Source: the human T2T-CHM13v2.0 reference genome, Homo sapiens
Strand: one strand, 5' to 3'
Assembly: GCF_009914755.1 (NCBI RefSeq)
Contig: NC_060927.1
DNA: 64,000 bases
The notes beneath the pieces were generated by a model. That model was not told the origin of the DNA. It saw only the letters and a program-made list of their open reading frames with translations, and did no database searches. A program made the position numbers and the translations under genes. Shown here in pieces: positions 25,251 to 38,770 of the stretch (position 1 is its first letter; each line of letters opens with the position of its first letter).

Positions 25251-26901
25251 TGGGGTAATAAATTCTCCCAAAGCACCAGTACATATTTAACATAGAATAA
25301 GAGTTAAAATATGTCATTGTCCTGGGGAAAAGTTTGCTAACATTGCACCATCAAAATGGACTGGAAAATGATACTTTAGATGTGAAAGACCTCTTTTTTA
25401 CCAAGGATAGTTATGACTTCAGCAAAAGAAGAAAGCTAGATTCAATTCTATATGAGAAAAAGGCAGGTTTTGTCTTTGAAATTCTGCTTAACTATTACAG
25501 AATTTCATTTTATCCTTATGAAAATAGCTGTTCTCCAAGAGGGCAACCCATACCTATTATAATAGGTATGATTGTCCAATAATAAAGAATAACCACCACC
25601 ATGATCATCATTACCATCGTCATCCTACAAACCTAAATAAAAAACCTTTGGCAATTGTAATTATTTTGACCAAGGGGCTGGCTTATTATGTCACAGCACT
25701 AATGAATGACTTATAATTTATACTATAAAGTAATTGATATTTTTATGTCACATTCATGAAGCAAGTGGGTTGTCAACAGTCTATAAATTTTTCCTTTGTT
25801 TAGGTAATGACAAATATTGTTAACAAAGCTACTGTTCATGTCTGTACAGTCTATTCTTATGCTTCTGAATGTTCCTTAAGAGAAAATGAAGTTGGTAACA
25901 CACAGTTCTGCAATATCGCTGGAAGCATAACAAATACAAAGTCATAACAACATTGATTTGATAATATCTAGTTATATGAAAATTGATAAGTCCCTCTGCT
26001 TTTATTAGAATGAGCTTTATTTATGTACTGCAGATCATAAAGACGATCCAGTTCAAGGAGGCATACTCATTTTTAACTTTGGTTCAGCACCCATAGAACT
26101 GAATTATACTTTATAACAATATTAGGTAATAGAATCTTCCCATGGATGGTACCACAAGATATTATTATTAAATACTTCAATCTATTTAATTCAGAAAATA
26201 CAGAAGTTAGTTTGCAACGTACTTCTAGAGAATTTCAATTGGGAACAAAACTATCCATTCTCCGTGCTCCTGACTTAGAATGTCACTGGAATTCTACTTT
26301 TAAAAGAGAGATAATGCCCACCTTAGAGGACCGTAATGAAGATTAGAGAGAAAAGTAGAGAACTGGACTAGAGTTAGTAACATGGCAACCACTTGATTAA
26401 TGATATCATCTTTCAAAAACAAGGATTGTACACCTGCTCCTTTCATATAGGCTTTGTTTTCTCTTTATAGATAATAACATATGTGCACACACAAACATTT
26501 TAGGAAAATATTAGTAATCATTATACTTGGAATGACAAAATGCATATACTAATTCAAGGAAAAGGTGGCAAGACAAAGGTTTTTTTTAGGTTACTGGATT
26601 TCCATTCAGCCTTCATTATATTTGCAGATTGATGGCCTTCTACATTCCCAGCACTGTACTGGAGGTTGGTGATGCAAAGATAAATATATCTGGGTCCCCA
26701 AGGAATTTAAAAGATGAATGCCCCTGACATTGATTTAGAACATGCTTGTGACAAGTCTAGATGACTTTGGAAAGCATGAATTACCAAAGAAATCCCAAAG
26801 CAGGAGGGAATGAGGTGACACACACCAATCTGCCATCTTGTCACAGAGTCCCCAGACTTCAACAAACAGGGCAAAGTAGGCCAAAGCCCACTTTTACTCA
26901 C

Positions 26902-27126
26902 CCTTGTAAAATATGAAGAAGCTGTTTGATGCCTCCCCAAATGCGAATTTCCACGCTGGTCTCAGGGTCCTCACAAACCTGTACCAGAATCCAGACAATG
27001 CTCCAGAGGAGCTTCAAGTGGTCAGAGTGGAGCAGACTGAGGAGGACCGGTATCCCCTCATAGAGCTTCACCTGCTCTTTCACCTGGGGCTCTGCACAAA
27101 GTAGGCGCAGCAACTCCGCTGTTAGT
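26902..27126 (-). CDS. NEK10: NEK10 exon LTAELLRLLCAEPQVK...WGGIKQLLHILQ(G), ARM repeats, 225 nt
   Basis: Acceptor cctttcag, donor GG|gtgagt; phase 2-2; overlaps ORF 26898-27113. Confidence 0.97.
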
Positions 27127-27242
27127 CTGAAAGGGGTACAGAGGGTGGGGTGAGAATCACAGCATCATGAGTTGATTACTTTACATTAAGACTAAAGCTA
27201 TCATCAGTGCATGAAATATAACCCTAACATTTTGTAAGTCAT

Positions 27243-27472
27243 GGGTCAATGTGCCATTTTCTGTAAGGAGCCCGATCAAAGCCAAACACTTTTAGCTTTA
27301 CTAACTGTACAATCTGTGTCACAACTACTCAGCTATGCTGAGATAGCATGAAAGCAGCCATAGACAACATATAAAAATAAATTCGCATCCCTATGTTAAA
27401 ATAAATCTTTATTTACAAAAATAAGCAGTGGAATAAACTTAGACTGTAGGTCATAGTTTGCAGACCACTGTT
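27243..27472. mobile_element. MER58A-like DNA transposon
   Basis: ttttctgtaagg ... tctgtgtcacaactactcagct ... gtcatagtttgcagaccactg. Confidence 0.75.
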
Positions 27473-27519
27473 CTAAATTATAGGCTCGTTGCATCATCGT
27501 TGGTCTGATTAAAAACCTA

Positions 27520-27807
<288 letters not shown>

Positions 27808-28019
27808 CTAGTCTTCAGAAACTTACTATGTAATTGCAAAATAAGACATTCTTAGAAAATGTCAAAAACACTACAATGCAGGTAAGTTAAGGGCAAAGCA
27901 CTCAGTTACTATATACTCAGTGCAAAGTGCATTAAATTGATGGTAAAGACACAAGGTTCAGCTGTGCCATGAAATATTATGATGATAAACGTTTTATAGA
28001 ATCATCCTTAGTCCTCCAG

Positions 28020-29310
28020 TTTCATACTCTAAACACTCCCCTCCTGGATGGTGTCATCCATTCCCATGATTTCAAACACTCTTTCAACCCTGTCATCATG
28101 ATCTCAGCCCAGGCATTGCTCCTAACTTCCAGAAGTTTTAGCCACATGGATATTCCACAAGTACTCTCCATACTACCCCTAAACTCAAAGTCATTAGCCT
28201 CCTCCCCAGGTCTATTCTTCACCTTATATCCCCGATCTTGACTCATGGCACCACAATATTTTCAGTCTTCCAAGCCACAAGACTGGGAGTCATCAAGACA
28301 CATACTCCTCTTTTCACACTCCTCCACTGTCAATCAAGAGCTCTTAGTGTTTTCTATTTCCTGGGCAACGTTGGGATTCTTTTGAACACCAGGCAGCTAG
28401 GTAACCCCACTGCTCCTCCCATCCTTGTAATCCTTTGTCATGCTCAAGATATAAATCCCTCTTTCATCTACCTCTCCAATATTCTCATTCTCATACGGCT
28501 TTCTCATTCCTTTCCCCTGAGCTGATTACCTATGGCTCCTCTCCCTCCCAAATTTTGTGCTCTGACATTAATAATAAATGTTCCTTGATAAATAGTATTC
28601 TTTACCTTCACGAACTTTCCCAGCCTCTCTTTGTTGTAAGTGGATCTCAATGTGTGGATATAAACAAACACCCCCACCTCACTCCCACATACACTGCTAT
28701 CAAAGTGATCTTTCAAAAAACAAATTTGATCATGCTTAAAATGTTCCCATGAGTCCCCATAATGTTCATGATAAAATTCACATCGTTATTTATCAGAGAC
28801 CATCATGACCTGGATAAAGGTGTCTTGTTGCCTTATCTATAAAATACGGGAAAAATAGGGTTAATGTGCAGATCACATGAGTTAATAAGCAAAGTGCTTA
28901 GAGCAGGTCTTGGCATATAGAAAACACTGATCAAAGTTAGCTACATTTTAAATTTATCATTAACTATCTGTTCTAGTTCTCTGGCACTTTTGTTCTTATG
29001 GTCCTGCTGTGCCCAACCATCACATTCCTCTAACACACCCAATTTCATGCCTCCATGTCCAAGCACATACTGTTTTTATGTTGTCTCTCTCTCTCTGCCT
29101 AGATATCTTCTCTTTCCTCCAGGAAACTTTGCATGACTCCACATTCTAATTGGGAAGTCTCTGCTCCATGTTCCCAGAGTACCCTGTGCATCTGTCTACC
29201 GTATCAGTTATAGCACTGTTTGACCCTCTTCTACACTACATATTTATAACTTATTCATCTTTGGTTTTCAACACCTGGTACCAAGCTTGGAACCTTGTTT
29301 GTTCAGATAA
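28020..29310. mobile_element. L2 and MIR fragments
   Basis: catccattcccatgatttcaaacac; aaagtgatctttcaaaaaacaaatttgatcatg. Confidence 0.6.
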
Positions 29311-30013
29311 CCAAGTCTATAAGTATTATCTATATTTAATGCTCTTTTATGAGAGTTTTGAAGAAGAATCCAAAAGGATTTACTATGAGTTAAGTGTCAG
29401 GGCTCCATTGCTGGAGATTTCTTTTTATCTATTTTGCCTCTTTAGAAAATTACTCAACTAAATATCAAATGATATAGATTGCAACTCTATTTAAGTACAA
29501 TCTAATAACTATCTGGATAGTTATTAGAACAATATGCAGTTCAAGTAAAAATGAATCCATTTTACTCTAGATTTTGAGTTATCATAGCAGGTGATCACAA
29601 AACAAGTCAGTTGCTATCTTATTTTACTTGCCTTCATGCAAATGGATTTTAGCAACCTAATCACTTATTGTAATATACAATTTGAAATTACTAAAACTAG
29701 AGCCACCTCAGAGTTTCTTTCCCTAAAAAGGCAGGATATAAATAAATGCAATAAACAAAACATTAAAAATGATATCACAAAAATTTATTTCATCAGCTTC
29801 TATGCCCAGATCTAGAAGTAATGCAGGACTAAACATAAATGGATATACTTCTTTGCTCTATTTTCTTTATATAAACTTAAACAGAAAATAAATGCCAAGC
29901 TGACTCATCATATTCAGTTACAATGTAAATAACATGACGTAATAAAAATAATAACAAGTGTATCTGTCAAATAAAGGCACTGCATTGTCTTTTTCTACTG
30001 TTAGCAATCCTAC

Positions 30014-30100
30014 CTTTTAGAAAGCAAGTCATATTCATGTAAAATCATCAACAGATTTTCTACAATGTTGAGTTCACTTATCTTCTCCCTACATTCTTGA
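30014..30100 (-). CDS. NEK10: NEK10 exon QECREKISELNIVENLLMILHEYDLLSK(R), 87 nt
   Basis: Acceptor tttatag, donor AG|gtagga; phase 2-2. Confidence 0.95.
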
Positions 30101-30152
30101 CTATAAATTGAAAAATATTAGCAATTACTAAAAGCATATTTTGCTAGATCCA

Positions 30153-30539
30153 TGTATTAGTCCTTTTTCAAACTGGTATAAAGAACTGCCTGAGACTGGG
30201 TGATTTATAAAGGAAAGAGGTTTACTTGACTCACAGTTCAGCATGGCTAGGGAGGCCTCAGGAAACTTACAGTCATGGTGGAAGATAAAGGAGAAGCAAG
30301 GCACCTTCTTCACAAGGCAGCAGGAAGGATAAGTGCCGAGCCAAGGGGGAAGAGCCCCTTATAAAACCATCAGATCTCATGAGAACTCACTCACTATCAT
30401 GAGAACAGCATGGAGGAAATGGCCCCATGATTCAATGACCTCCACCTGGTCTCTCCCTTGACATGAGGGAATTATGGGGATTACAGGGATTACAATTCAA
30501 GATGAGATTTGGTTGGGGACACAAAGCCTAACCATATAA
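30153..30539 (-). mobile_element. THE1D/MSTA-type solo LTR, sense to NEK10
   Basis: tgtattagtcc...gagactgggtgatttataaaggaaagagg...gagatttggttggggacacaaagcctaaccatat. Confidence 0.92.
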
Positions 30540-31080
30540 ATTTATTTATTTAATATCCTAGCTCCAATATTATCTTGGGAGAAGAGATCAAAAAACAAAA
30601 GGAATCATATGTTATTCACAGAAAAGCAATGGTCCACTTATTGTCATAAAAACATTTAAAATAATCATGACATTTATAAGAGGAAAGATCTTCTTGAAAA
30701 TTTTTCAAAGCCCACAGATGTTTGAAAACGTTCTGTATGTTAAAATTCACAGGTAAGAATGAATTAAGATGGTCAGAAAGATTCAACTGCCAAAGAAATA
30801 TTATGGTAATTTTGAAATTAGAAGTAACTGAGGGTTAGATGAAAAGACTAAATATTTCCAGTCAGGAAATAAAAAGAAAATTTTAAACTGCAATTTGCCT
30901 TTCCAGTTTAAATTTTTAAATAATGCCTTCTATCCAGGATTCTCTTCAACATGTTATTTCACACTTATTTATCAAGAAATTGTATTAAGTAGTTGACAAA
31001 GTAACTGATTATTTTGCATCCTTACCACCTAAATTGCTATAGTAGCAGAACTGGAAAGTATATTAGAATACACTACTTAC

Positions 31081-31160
31081 CTTTCTGCTAAACTAGCCAG
31101 AGCCAGAAGGGAACCCAATAGAACATTAGTATCTCGGGCACCAAGTAAATTTACTAATGT
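31081..31160 (-). CDS. NEK10: NEK10 exon TLVNLLGARDTNVLLGSLLALASLAE(S), ARM region, 80 nt
   Basis: Acceptor tttttcag, donor AG|gtaagt; phase 0-2. Confidence 0.95.
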
Positions 31161-33103
31161 CTGAAAAATGAAGTAAAATAAAGTTTAATTATATAAGTAC
31201 TACAAGCTTCTTTTTTCAACATTAACATTAATTTATTTTCCATTACCAGCTGCTTGAATGACAAAATGCTTCCCTCTTAAGATCATATAGGCTTAACTGT
31301 TTTTTTTTTTTGCTTAGTAGTTTATAATGTATGTGCATATACAATTAAGCACAAACTATATATAATGTTAAAGCTGCTCTCTCTTATGTTTTTTTCTTAA
31401 TGTTATCTACTGAAATTTTTTCATGGCATTAAATATATCTTTATAAACACTTTTTGTCAATATAATCAAGTTGTTTATTTTATTATGGCTTTACCCATAG
31501 AATAGTGAAAAAAATTATGCCCTATCAAGCCTTATGCAGCTTCCTTTTTATTTTTTGCAGTCAATATAAAAGTTTATCTTAAAAAGAGTTTTATTAAACA
31601 TTCAAAATATCCAGTTCTTTACAGATGGCAGGAGTCCATCTCTCCTTACTTTGGAACTCTTGATAGTAACCTCTTGTAGCCATTCCTTGCCCAGGACAGG
31701 AAGAAAAGGCATCAAGCTACATGACCAGCCTGGTTCTCATACATCCTTCTATTTCCATGTGCCCAAGTATTCTCTCCCCCTTCTGATCCCACGCTGGGAA
31801 GAACCAGGAAGATTAATGACATAAATTACAATAGTGGTAGTGATCAGCCATTGAGAACTCACTTTGAGCCAGGCATTGTGCTAGGCACTTTCCAAATTAT
31901 GAAACGATTTTTCAACAAAATATTGAAACTTTCATTCTTTTGCCAAACTAAACAAGATATGAATACTATCGAGCATTCCATTTGCCTCCCAGATTTCTAA
32001 TTGATGTTGAAAGTGCATCACTGATGCTCCCAAGCATCATCCTAACTAACATGACTTAGCTGGAAGTCTGTAGCTTGTCAGTGGCTTTCCCTGAATTCTC
32101 GTTAAGGCAAATTTTCTTATTTGGAAAATTCTCTACATTTTCAGAATGCGGAGTGCCCCTGAAAAGTGCCTCCCAAAATGTCTCAGGTCAGAGCTGCAAC
32201 CTGCGCAACAACGGCTAAGGTAATTTTTATGTTTCCAGTATATGGATTTTTTGCCTTTATGATTTCATTTTATCTTAATGAAGTTATCATTATCTTTATT
32301 TGTCTGATCCTTTCCTCTTTTTCTTCTCTCTTTCTTCTCTGTCTTCTAATGTTTCCCAAACTTCAATCCATTACATATCATTTTCACATTTTTTGCCATA
32401 TTCAACTAACATCTTTAATGTTAACTCAAAAAAATTTTTTCCAATTGTAAGCAATAATACCTGTGAAATAGCTGGCTACTGAAACAAAAAATGTTGACCT
32501 GTGTATCACCTAGAATCATCCTCTAGACCATGAGCAGCATGTGTTAACACATTTTAGGCAATCTTGCTCCCATATACACTAGAAAGTGGCTTCCCGGGAT
32601 ATGAAACTCAACAGGTTTCTGAAACTTGGCTCCACATGGCTACAGTCTAAACAGTTTTGCTATAAATATAGTCTGTTTTGACCTACAATGGCAATCATAT
32701 ATGGTTCAAACTAATATAGCCCCACATGCCATATGGAATTTATATGTATACATATGTACATTTTGTTTATTTCTGTTGACTTATTTATAAATGCACACCT
32801 AGGGTGTATTTATACATAGCTGGGGCTTTTCAAATAATATTTAAGTAATAAACCTAGTTGGTATTAAATGGCATAGGAAAAAAAAGAAAAGAGTTCCAGA
32901 AAACTTGTATTTATTATATCTCTATTAACTTGTAATGCTGGTAAAGAATATAAAAGGGTTGACAAAGATCCACAATCTCAGGCCAGGCTGGTAGGTTTGT
33001 GGATTCTAATTACACATGACTTAACCGCAAAGGCTCTGAACTTCCCTAATGTGAACTATTGCCATAGGGAGCTGAAGCATTAACTCTTTCAGGGGCCACT
33101 CAC

Positions 33104-33171
33104 CTTGTGGGCTCCACTTGTGGTGACCCATTCTCTTTGATCTTTGACTGCAGCAAGTTTTTGAAAAATAT
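33104..33171 (-). CDS. NEK10: NEK10 exon (Y)IFQKLAAVKDQREWVTTSGAHK, 68 nt
   Basis: Acceptor tttatag, donor AAG|gtgagt; phase 1-0. Confidence 0.95.
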
Positions 33172-34253
33172 CTATAAAGGAAAGAAAGAGCGCAAAGAGG
33201 CATCCAGAGATTAAAGGGGGAGTACTTCCAGGAGCACAGATCTGCAGTGCATATGGGCAGGCAGAGAAAGGTCAAAGGGAACACAGCACAAAAGGAACAA
33301 CAGATGCAGGAGCAGCATGGCTACTTTTTTACCCCAAGAATTACTCCTCAAGCTCCACTGGTATTTATTTTCTAATATTATTGTAATAATGAAATATAAA
33401 AATACCAAAAAAGGCAAACCTCTCTTTCCACTTGAAGTTCCTTAACATCATTACCAGTTCAAAGTGAGGCCTATTCTTCAAAGATCCTCTCTGTGAAGAT
33501 TTCAACTTATAAAGAAGAGAGGGAAGGCCAGCAAATGAGAGGAACCTGCACGTTTCCTCAGCTGAGGAAAATAGTCATCCTCAAAGAGACTTCCTAGTGC
33601 CCAGGGCTTGCCATAAACTCTTCTCTCCCTGGATCTGAGAATCACTGTGCTGCTCCACAAGCAGATATGAAGAGCCAGTCCAGTCACACAAAGAAAACGG
33701 ACAGGCATCCCACACGGCAGGACGTCTGTGACTCATCAAAGCTGGAGTGCAGGACAGCAGGGCTGGGAAGAGCCTCCAACGGGAGAAGATTGAGTGACTA
33801 AGGAATACCTCACACTCACAGTCCAATGTTTTCACATTCGCAGCATCAGATAAGGTTTGTTGTTATTTTTCTTTTTCATGCTCTGGATGTTTCAGATTCT
33901 ATGAGGTAGGCAATCATGATTAACCCAACTTTATAGAAAAAAAACTGGATAGTCTCTGACATTTTAACAGAAATAAAAAGACGCAAAAATAGATTTTACC
34001 AAAATTTGCTTTTATGGAAGCCTCTCTTGCATTAAATAAATTGTGCTTTTCAAGGTAAAGGTTGTAATCTAAACATCTTTCTTCTGGCTGTATGTTGCCA
34101 CTGAATATAACAATTGGCCTGGATGCTCAACACCTGAGCTGTGTGTGCGAACATTAATAAATATTTAAAGTATCCTTGTTTCCTGCTGCAAACACCATAC
34201 TGCTTTTTCTAGCAAGTCCACAAAAATGGCTGTGTCCCTGCAATAACACTTAC

Positions 34254-34332
34254 ATGTCATGTTGACCAGCTTGTCCACAGTGTGCTGCTCTTCTCCATAG
34301 CCGAGGTACTCATTGGCTACAATCTCCATATA
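34254..34332 (-). CDS. NEK10: NEK10 exon YMEIVANEYLGYGEEQHTVDKLVNMT, 79 nt
   Basis: Acceptor catgcag, donor T|gtaagt; phase 0-1. Confidence 0.95.
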
Positions 34333-35160
34333 CTGCATGAAGGACCAAACCAACAAGCCAGTCAGGACACCAAAAGCACCCAAGGAAGCAAGGAACAAGA
34401 TGCTGCAGTTCTTAAAATAAACTGTAGGTGGCAAAACAGATTCATCAAATAATACTCTCATGCTCCTGGAACAGTTATCGCTCAAGTGCAAAAGGTGACT
34501 GGGTTTCTAGATTCTTTGGCTTCTCTTGCGTGCTATGAAGTTGAGGGAAAGACCATCTCAAGACTCTATAAACTCTCAAAAGTCTCAAAATGACTCTTAA
34601 CTAAGTAAGTTTGTTGTGTAATTTAGTATCCAAATACAAGATACATATAAGATACATAATACATAGTATATAGAATGTTTATTCTTCAATGTATCTTTTT
34701 AGGAGAATTTTTTATAATACATTGTATATATTTTACTGACGTATATAAGCTCTGAATATATGTCTAACCAGCATACATGCAGTTAGCAATAATCAGAATA
34801 AAATGCGTACTGAGTAGTCTGATAATTCTCACTGTGGATAATGATTATAATAAGAAACAGGCTCAGGGAAACAGGTAATTTCTAATATTATAATGGAAGT
34901 TAAAATGGATAAGAAGATGCTTTGTAACATAATCTTATGAAATATTAAGTTATTAAATGAGGTACACCTCTAGTCAATTTAAAAGGTTCTTGAAAACAAA
35001 AAATAAACATGAATCAATTTTCTAAGAATATAATAAAATAAAGTAGATTTAATGTTAAATTGCCACCAACTTAATCTTCCATTAATTATTCAGAATGAGT
35101 TTGCAGGGCCACATGTTTATTATGAAAATCATTCTTTCTGTAAACATTATACAGGTTTTA

Positions 35161-35446
<286 letters not shown>

Positions 35447-35666
35447 AGAAATTTTGTTTTATTGTATTAATAAATGCAAGCCTCTGAGTTGCTCAGTATA
35501 TATATTCACTTGCTTACCCTCGCTCAGTAGTTAGCAAAGCAGAAAAATAAATAAGGTCAAGATCATTCCTTTCTTTGTCATCTATTTATTAGTATTTTAG
35601 TGAGCACAGTAATCATTTTCTTGTTTGAAAATGTTTTGAACATCTTCATAATCAGTTTATTATCTT

Positions 35667-35785
35667 GCCAGGCCCAGTGGCACACACCTGTAATCCCAGC
35701 TACTCAGGAGGCTGAAGCAGGAGGATTGCTTGGGCCCAGCATTTTGAGACCAGCCTAGGCAACATAGTAAGACACCGTTTCAAAT
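35667..35785 (+). mobile_element. FLAM (Alu monomer)
   Basis: Monomeric Alu-like sequence with aggattgcttgggcccagc. Confidence 0.8.
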
Positions 35786-35873
35786 ATATATGCATATATA
35801 TATACATATTTCTTTTCCTCCCACCATATGGTATATACAATGCTAAGGGCTTCAGCCTTCCAGCCATCGCCCC

Positions 35874-36167
35874 TTTTGTTGTTGTGAGGCGGAGTTTCGC
35901 TCTGTTGCCCAGGCTGGAGTGCAGTGGTGCAACTTCAGCTCACTGCAACCTCCGCCCCCCAGGTTTAAGCAATTCTCTGCCTCAGCCTCCCGAGTAGCTG
36001 GGATTATAGGCACCTGGCACCATGCCTGGCTAATTTTTGTATTTTTAGTAGAGACGGGGTTTCACCATGTTGGCCAGGCTGGTCTCAAACTCCTGACCTC
36101 AGGTGATCCACCCACCTCAGCTTCCCAAAGTGCGAGGATTACAGGTGTGAGCCACCGCACCTGGCTG
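35874..36167 (-). mobile_element. AluS
   Basis: Full reverse Alu. Confidence 0.93.
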
Positions 36168-36451
36168 CCTATTTCTTATTATTACTAGCTAAAGACATGT
36201 GACCTTTTATAGCACTTTCTCATTTCATCAGGCTGAGTAAAGTGAGCCCAATTAGCCAGAACAAAATGTGGTGGGTTCCTCCCTGCTCTGTGAGTATCAT
36301 GCCTCACACTCACACTTAACGCTGTCTGTCCCTCTCTGGGGCAGACAGCATAACATAGGAAAGCCACCTTCTGTCACATACCCTTTTAATTCTTGCTCAT
36401 AGCAGGCACAAAATGAAAAGGCAAGACCAGCCACCACAAAAGGAATCTTAC

Positions 36452-36493
36452 CTGAGCTAGGTTTTCAATCCCACCCAAGCTATGGAGTATTTC
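36452..36493 (-). CDS. NEK10: NEK10 exon EILHSLGGIENLAQ, 42 nt
   Basis: Acceptor ttttattag, donor CAG|gtaaga; phase 0-0; continues the frame. Confidence 0.95.
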
Positions 36494-36789
36494 CTAATAA
36501 AATAAAAGCAACAAAACACATGTAAATGATGAGGGTGGAGGGGGAAGTATATTTTACATGCAATTTCTTTACTAAGTTGTCATATTTATAATTATATTGT
36601 GAAGGTCTACATTCTAATATAAATACGGAAAACTTACAGTATGTCATTCATACTACCTTTAAAATAAACTATTAATAAATATGAAAGTTGGGTTGAGATC
36701 AAGAGAATAAATCTGTGCTCAGAACCGCAGCCTGCCCCTTCATTCTTCTTAACTCCTCCTGTGTCATCATAAAATGTTCGAGTTGAGAA

Positions 36790-37085
36790 GAGCCATTAGA
36801 CACCATTTCATTCAATATTCTCATGTTACAGATGAGGAAAACCAAGACACAGAAAGAAAACCATTTTGCATAACTGACGAACCTGGATGAGTTCATCACC
36901 AAACTCCAAGAACCCTCCGCTAGGTCTCTGCCTAGTGTCCATGAACCAGCAGCACCCTCATTACCTGGGAGCTGAACAGAAATGCAGAATCCTGCACCCA
37001 CCCCAGACCTACTCAATCACACTCCGTTTCAACAAGATCTCCAGGTCATACGTACGTACAGTACAGTTTGGGAAGCATTGCTCTA
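36790..37085. mobile_element. MIR followed by MER5-like element
   Basis: ttacagatgaggaaaaccaagacacaga; gaaatgcagaatcctgcacccaccccagacctactcaatc. Confidence 0.7.
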
Positions 37086-37764
37086 GGACAGAAAGAGTTT
37101 CTCAAAATTATTAGATGAATGATCTTATTAGACCCATGCTCTAAATAAATGTAAAGATAATTTTTGACAATGTCTCCTGATACAGGACTTTAAATTGTGA
37201 AATGGACCAGCCTAGAGATCTACTAATAGTAAGTGCTCTTAGGTTAGCCACATTGTCATTTATCTATAGACAAATATTCTCAGGTGGCTTTAACCTGCTT
37301 AATTACATCTGTATTGACATCTCTCTCCTTACTTAACATGCCCACAAGGAAGTTATTTGAAACATAAACAAGAGCCATAATTTCAATTCTGGGAAGTGCA
37401 CAGGGACGAGTACATGAGCGTGGGAGAGAACAGTCTAGTTCTCCCATGAAGCCAGTGAGTGGGCAGACTGGGAAAAGGCACAGGGGCCTTTTTCTCTCAA
37501 GGCCTCCTGGGTCAAGGTTTCCATACTCTGTATAAAGTGAACTTGGAAATACTGAACACACTTACATCTAAATTAAATTTTAAAAGAACATTTAGAACTC
37601 AATTAAAAATAGTTCTATGACTACCTACTAATTTGAAGCCTCATCAATGCTATTCACTCTAGAAGAGCTATAATTAAAGAGCACGAGAATATTGTACATA
37701 TGATCTCTATTTATGGTAGGAGGTTTTGTACACATAAAAATTAAAATAACATTTAAAACCAGTT

Positions 37765-38770
37765 ATATTTATTCAACAAACATTTTTTCCATTCCACCTA
37801 TGTAAAATCCTTGAGTTAGGCTCTGGAGACACACATATGTAGATGGCAGGAGTGCTCTTTGCTGAGCTGTAAGCAAGCATAAGGTGGGTATACAAACAAC
37901 TAGAACTTAAGACAGAACGAGATAAGTGTTAAAAGTAAATTATACATGCAGTGTTACGAGGCGCCAGAATAGAGACACCTCATTCCTGCTGAGAGGACTA
38001 AGAGACACCTCATGTGGGTGGTGGTCTCTAAATGGGGACTGGAAGGATGGATGGATTTGCCAAGTAAAGATCGGGAAGAGGTGAAAATAAAGGAGATTCC
38101 AGCAAAGAGAATAGGAGGCTCAAAGGTGAATAGAAATTGTGCAGACAAAACATCAAGACATGCTGTAATTCCGAGAGAAGCAGTTCCGTAACTCCATGGA
38201 GGGCATTACTGGGAAAAAATGTTAGAAAATTAGGGTGGATTCACACTGTGGGAGGACTTAGATGTGAGCCTGAATTTGAACGTTTTCATGCAGACCGTGA
38301 TACCCAATGAAAACGTGTGAGCAAGGGACTGGCCAGAATTAGCTGTGGGGACTTCCTTCTAGTCATAAAATGAACTGGAGATGGGGAGCGTATCAACTGG
38401 GAGCTCAGGTGGGGGTCAGTGACAGCAGGAGTAAGAATGGAGAGAAAGGGGTAGTATTTGAAGCGATATGATCAACGGAACATGAAGAAAGATTGGAAGA
38501 AAAGAAGCAAAGTCAAAGACATCAGTCTATTTAAGTGGGAGTGGCTGGGCACAATGTCATAATTAACTAACACAGGGGGAGAGAAAGGAATAGGCTGAGA
38601 TAGAGCAGAGGACTCTATTTTGGACATACTGCAGTGCCGCAGGCCCAGGTGAAAAAAATACAACAGGCCACAGAAAATGAGGTGAGGGCAAAAGACTAAA
38701 ATCTGGGAGTTATTCACATGAAGGAGATTCATCTGAAGCTTGGGAGTGGGAAGACACCAAGGAAGAGAAT
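37765..38770. mobile_element. L2
   Basis: tttattcaacaaacattt terminus and purine-rich body. Confidence 0.6.

Noticed and set aside
32100-32650. Possible ancient hAT/Tip100 transposon remnant
   Set aside because: The resemblance is too vague to assign without a Dfam search
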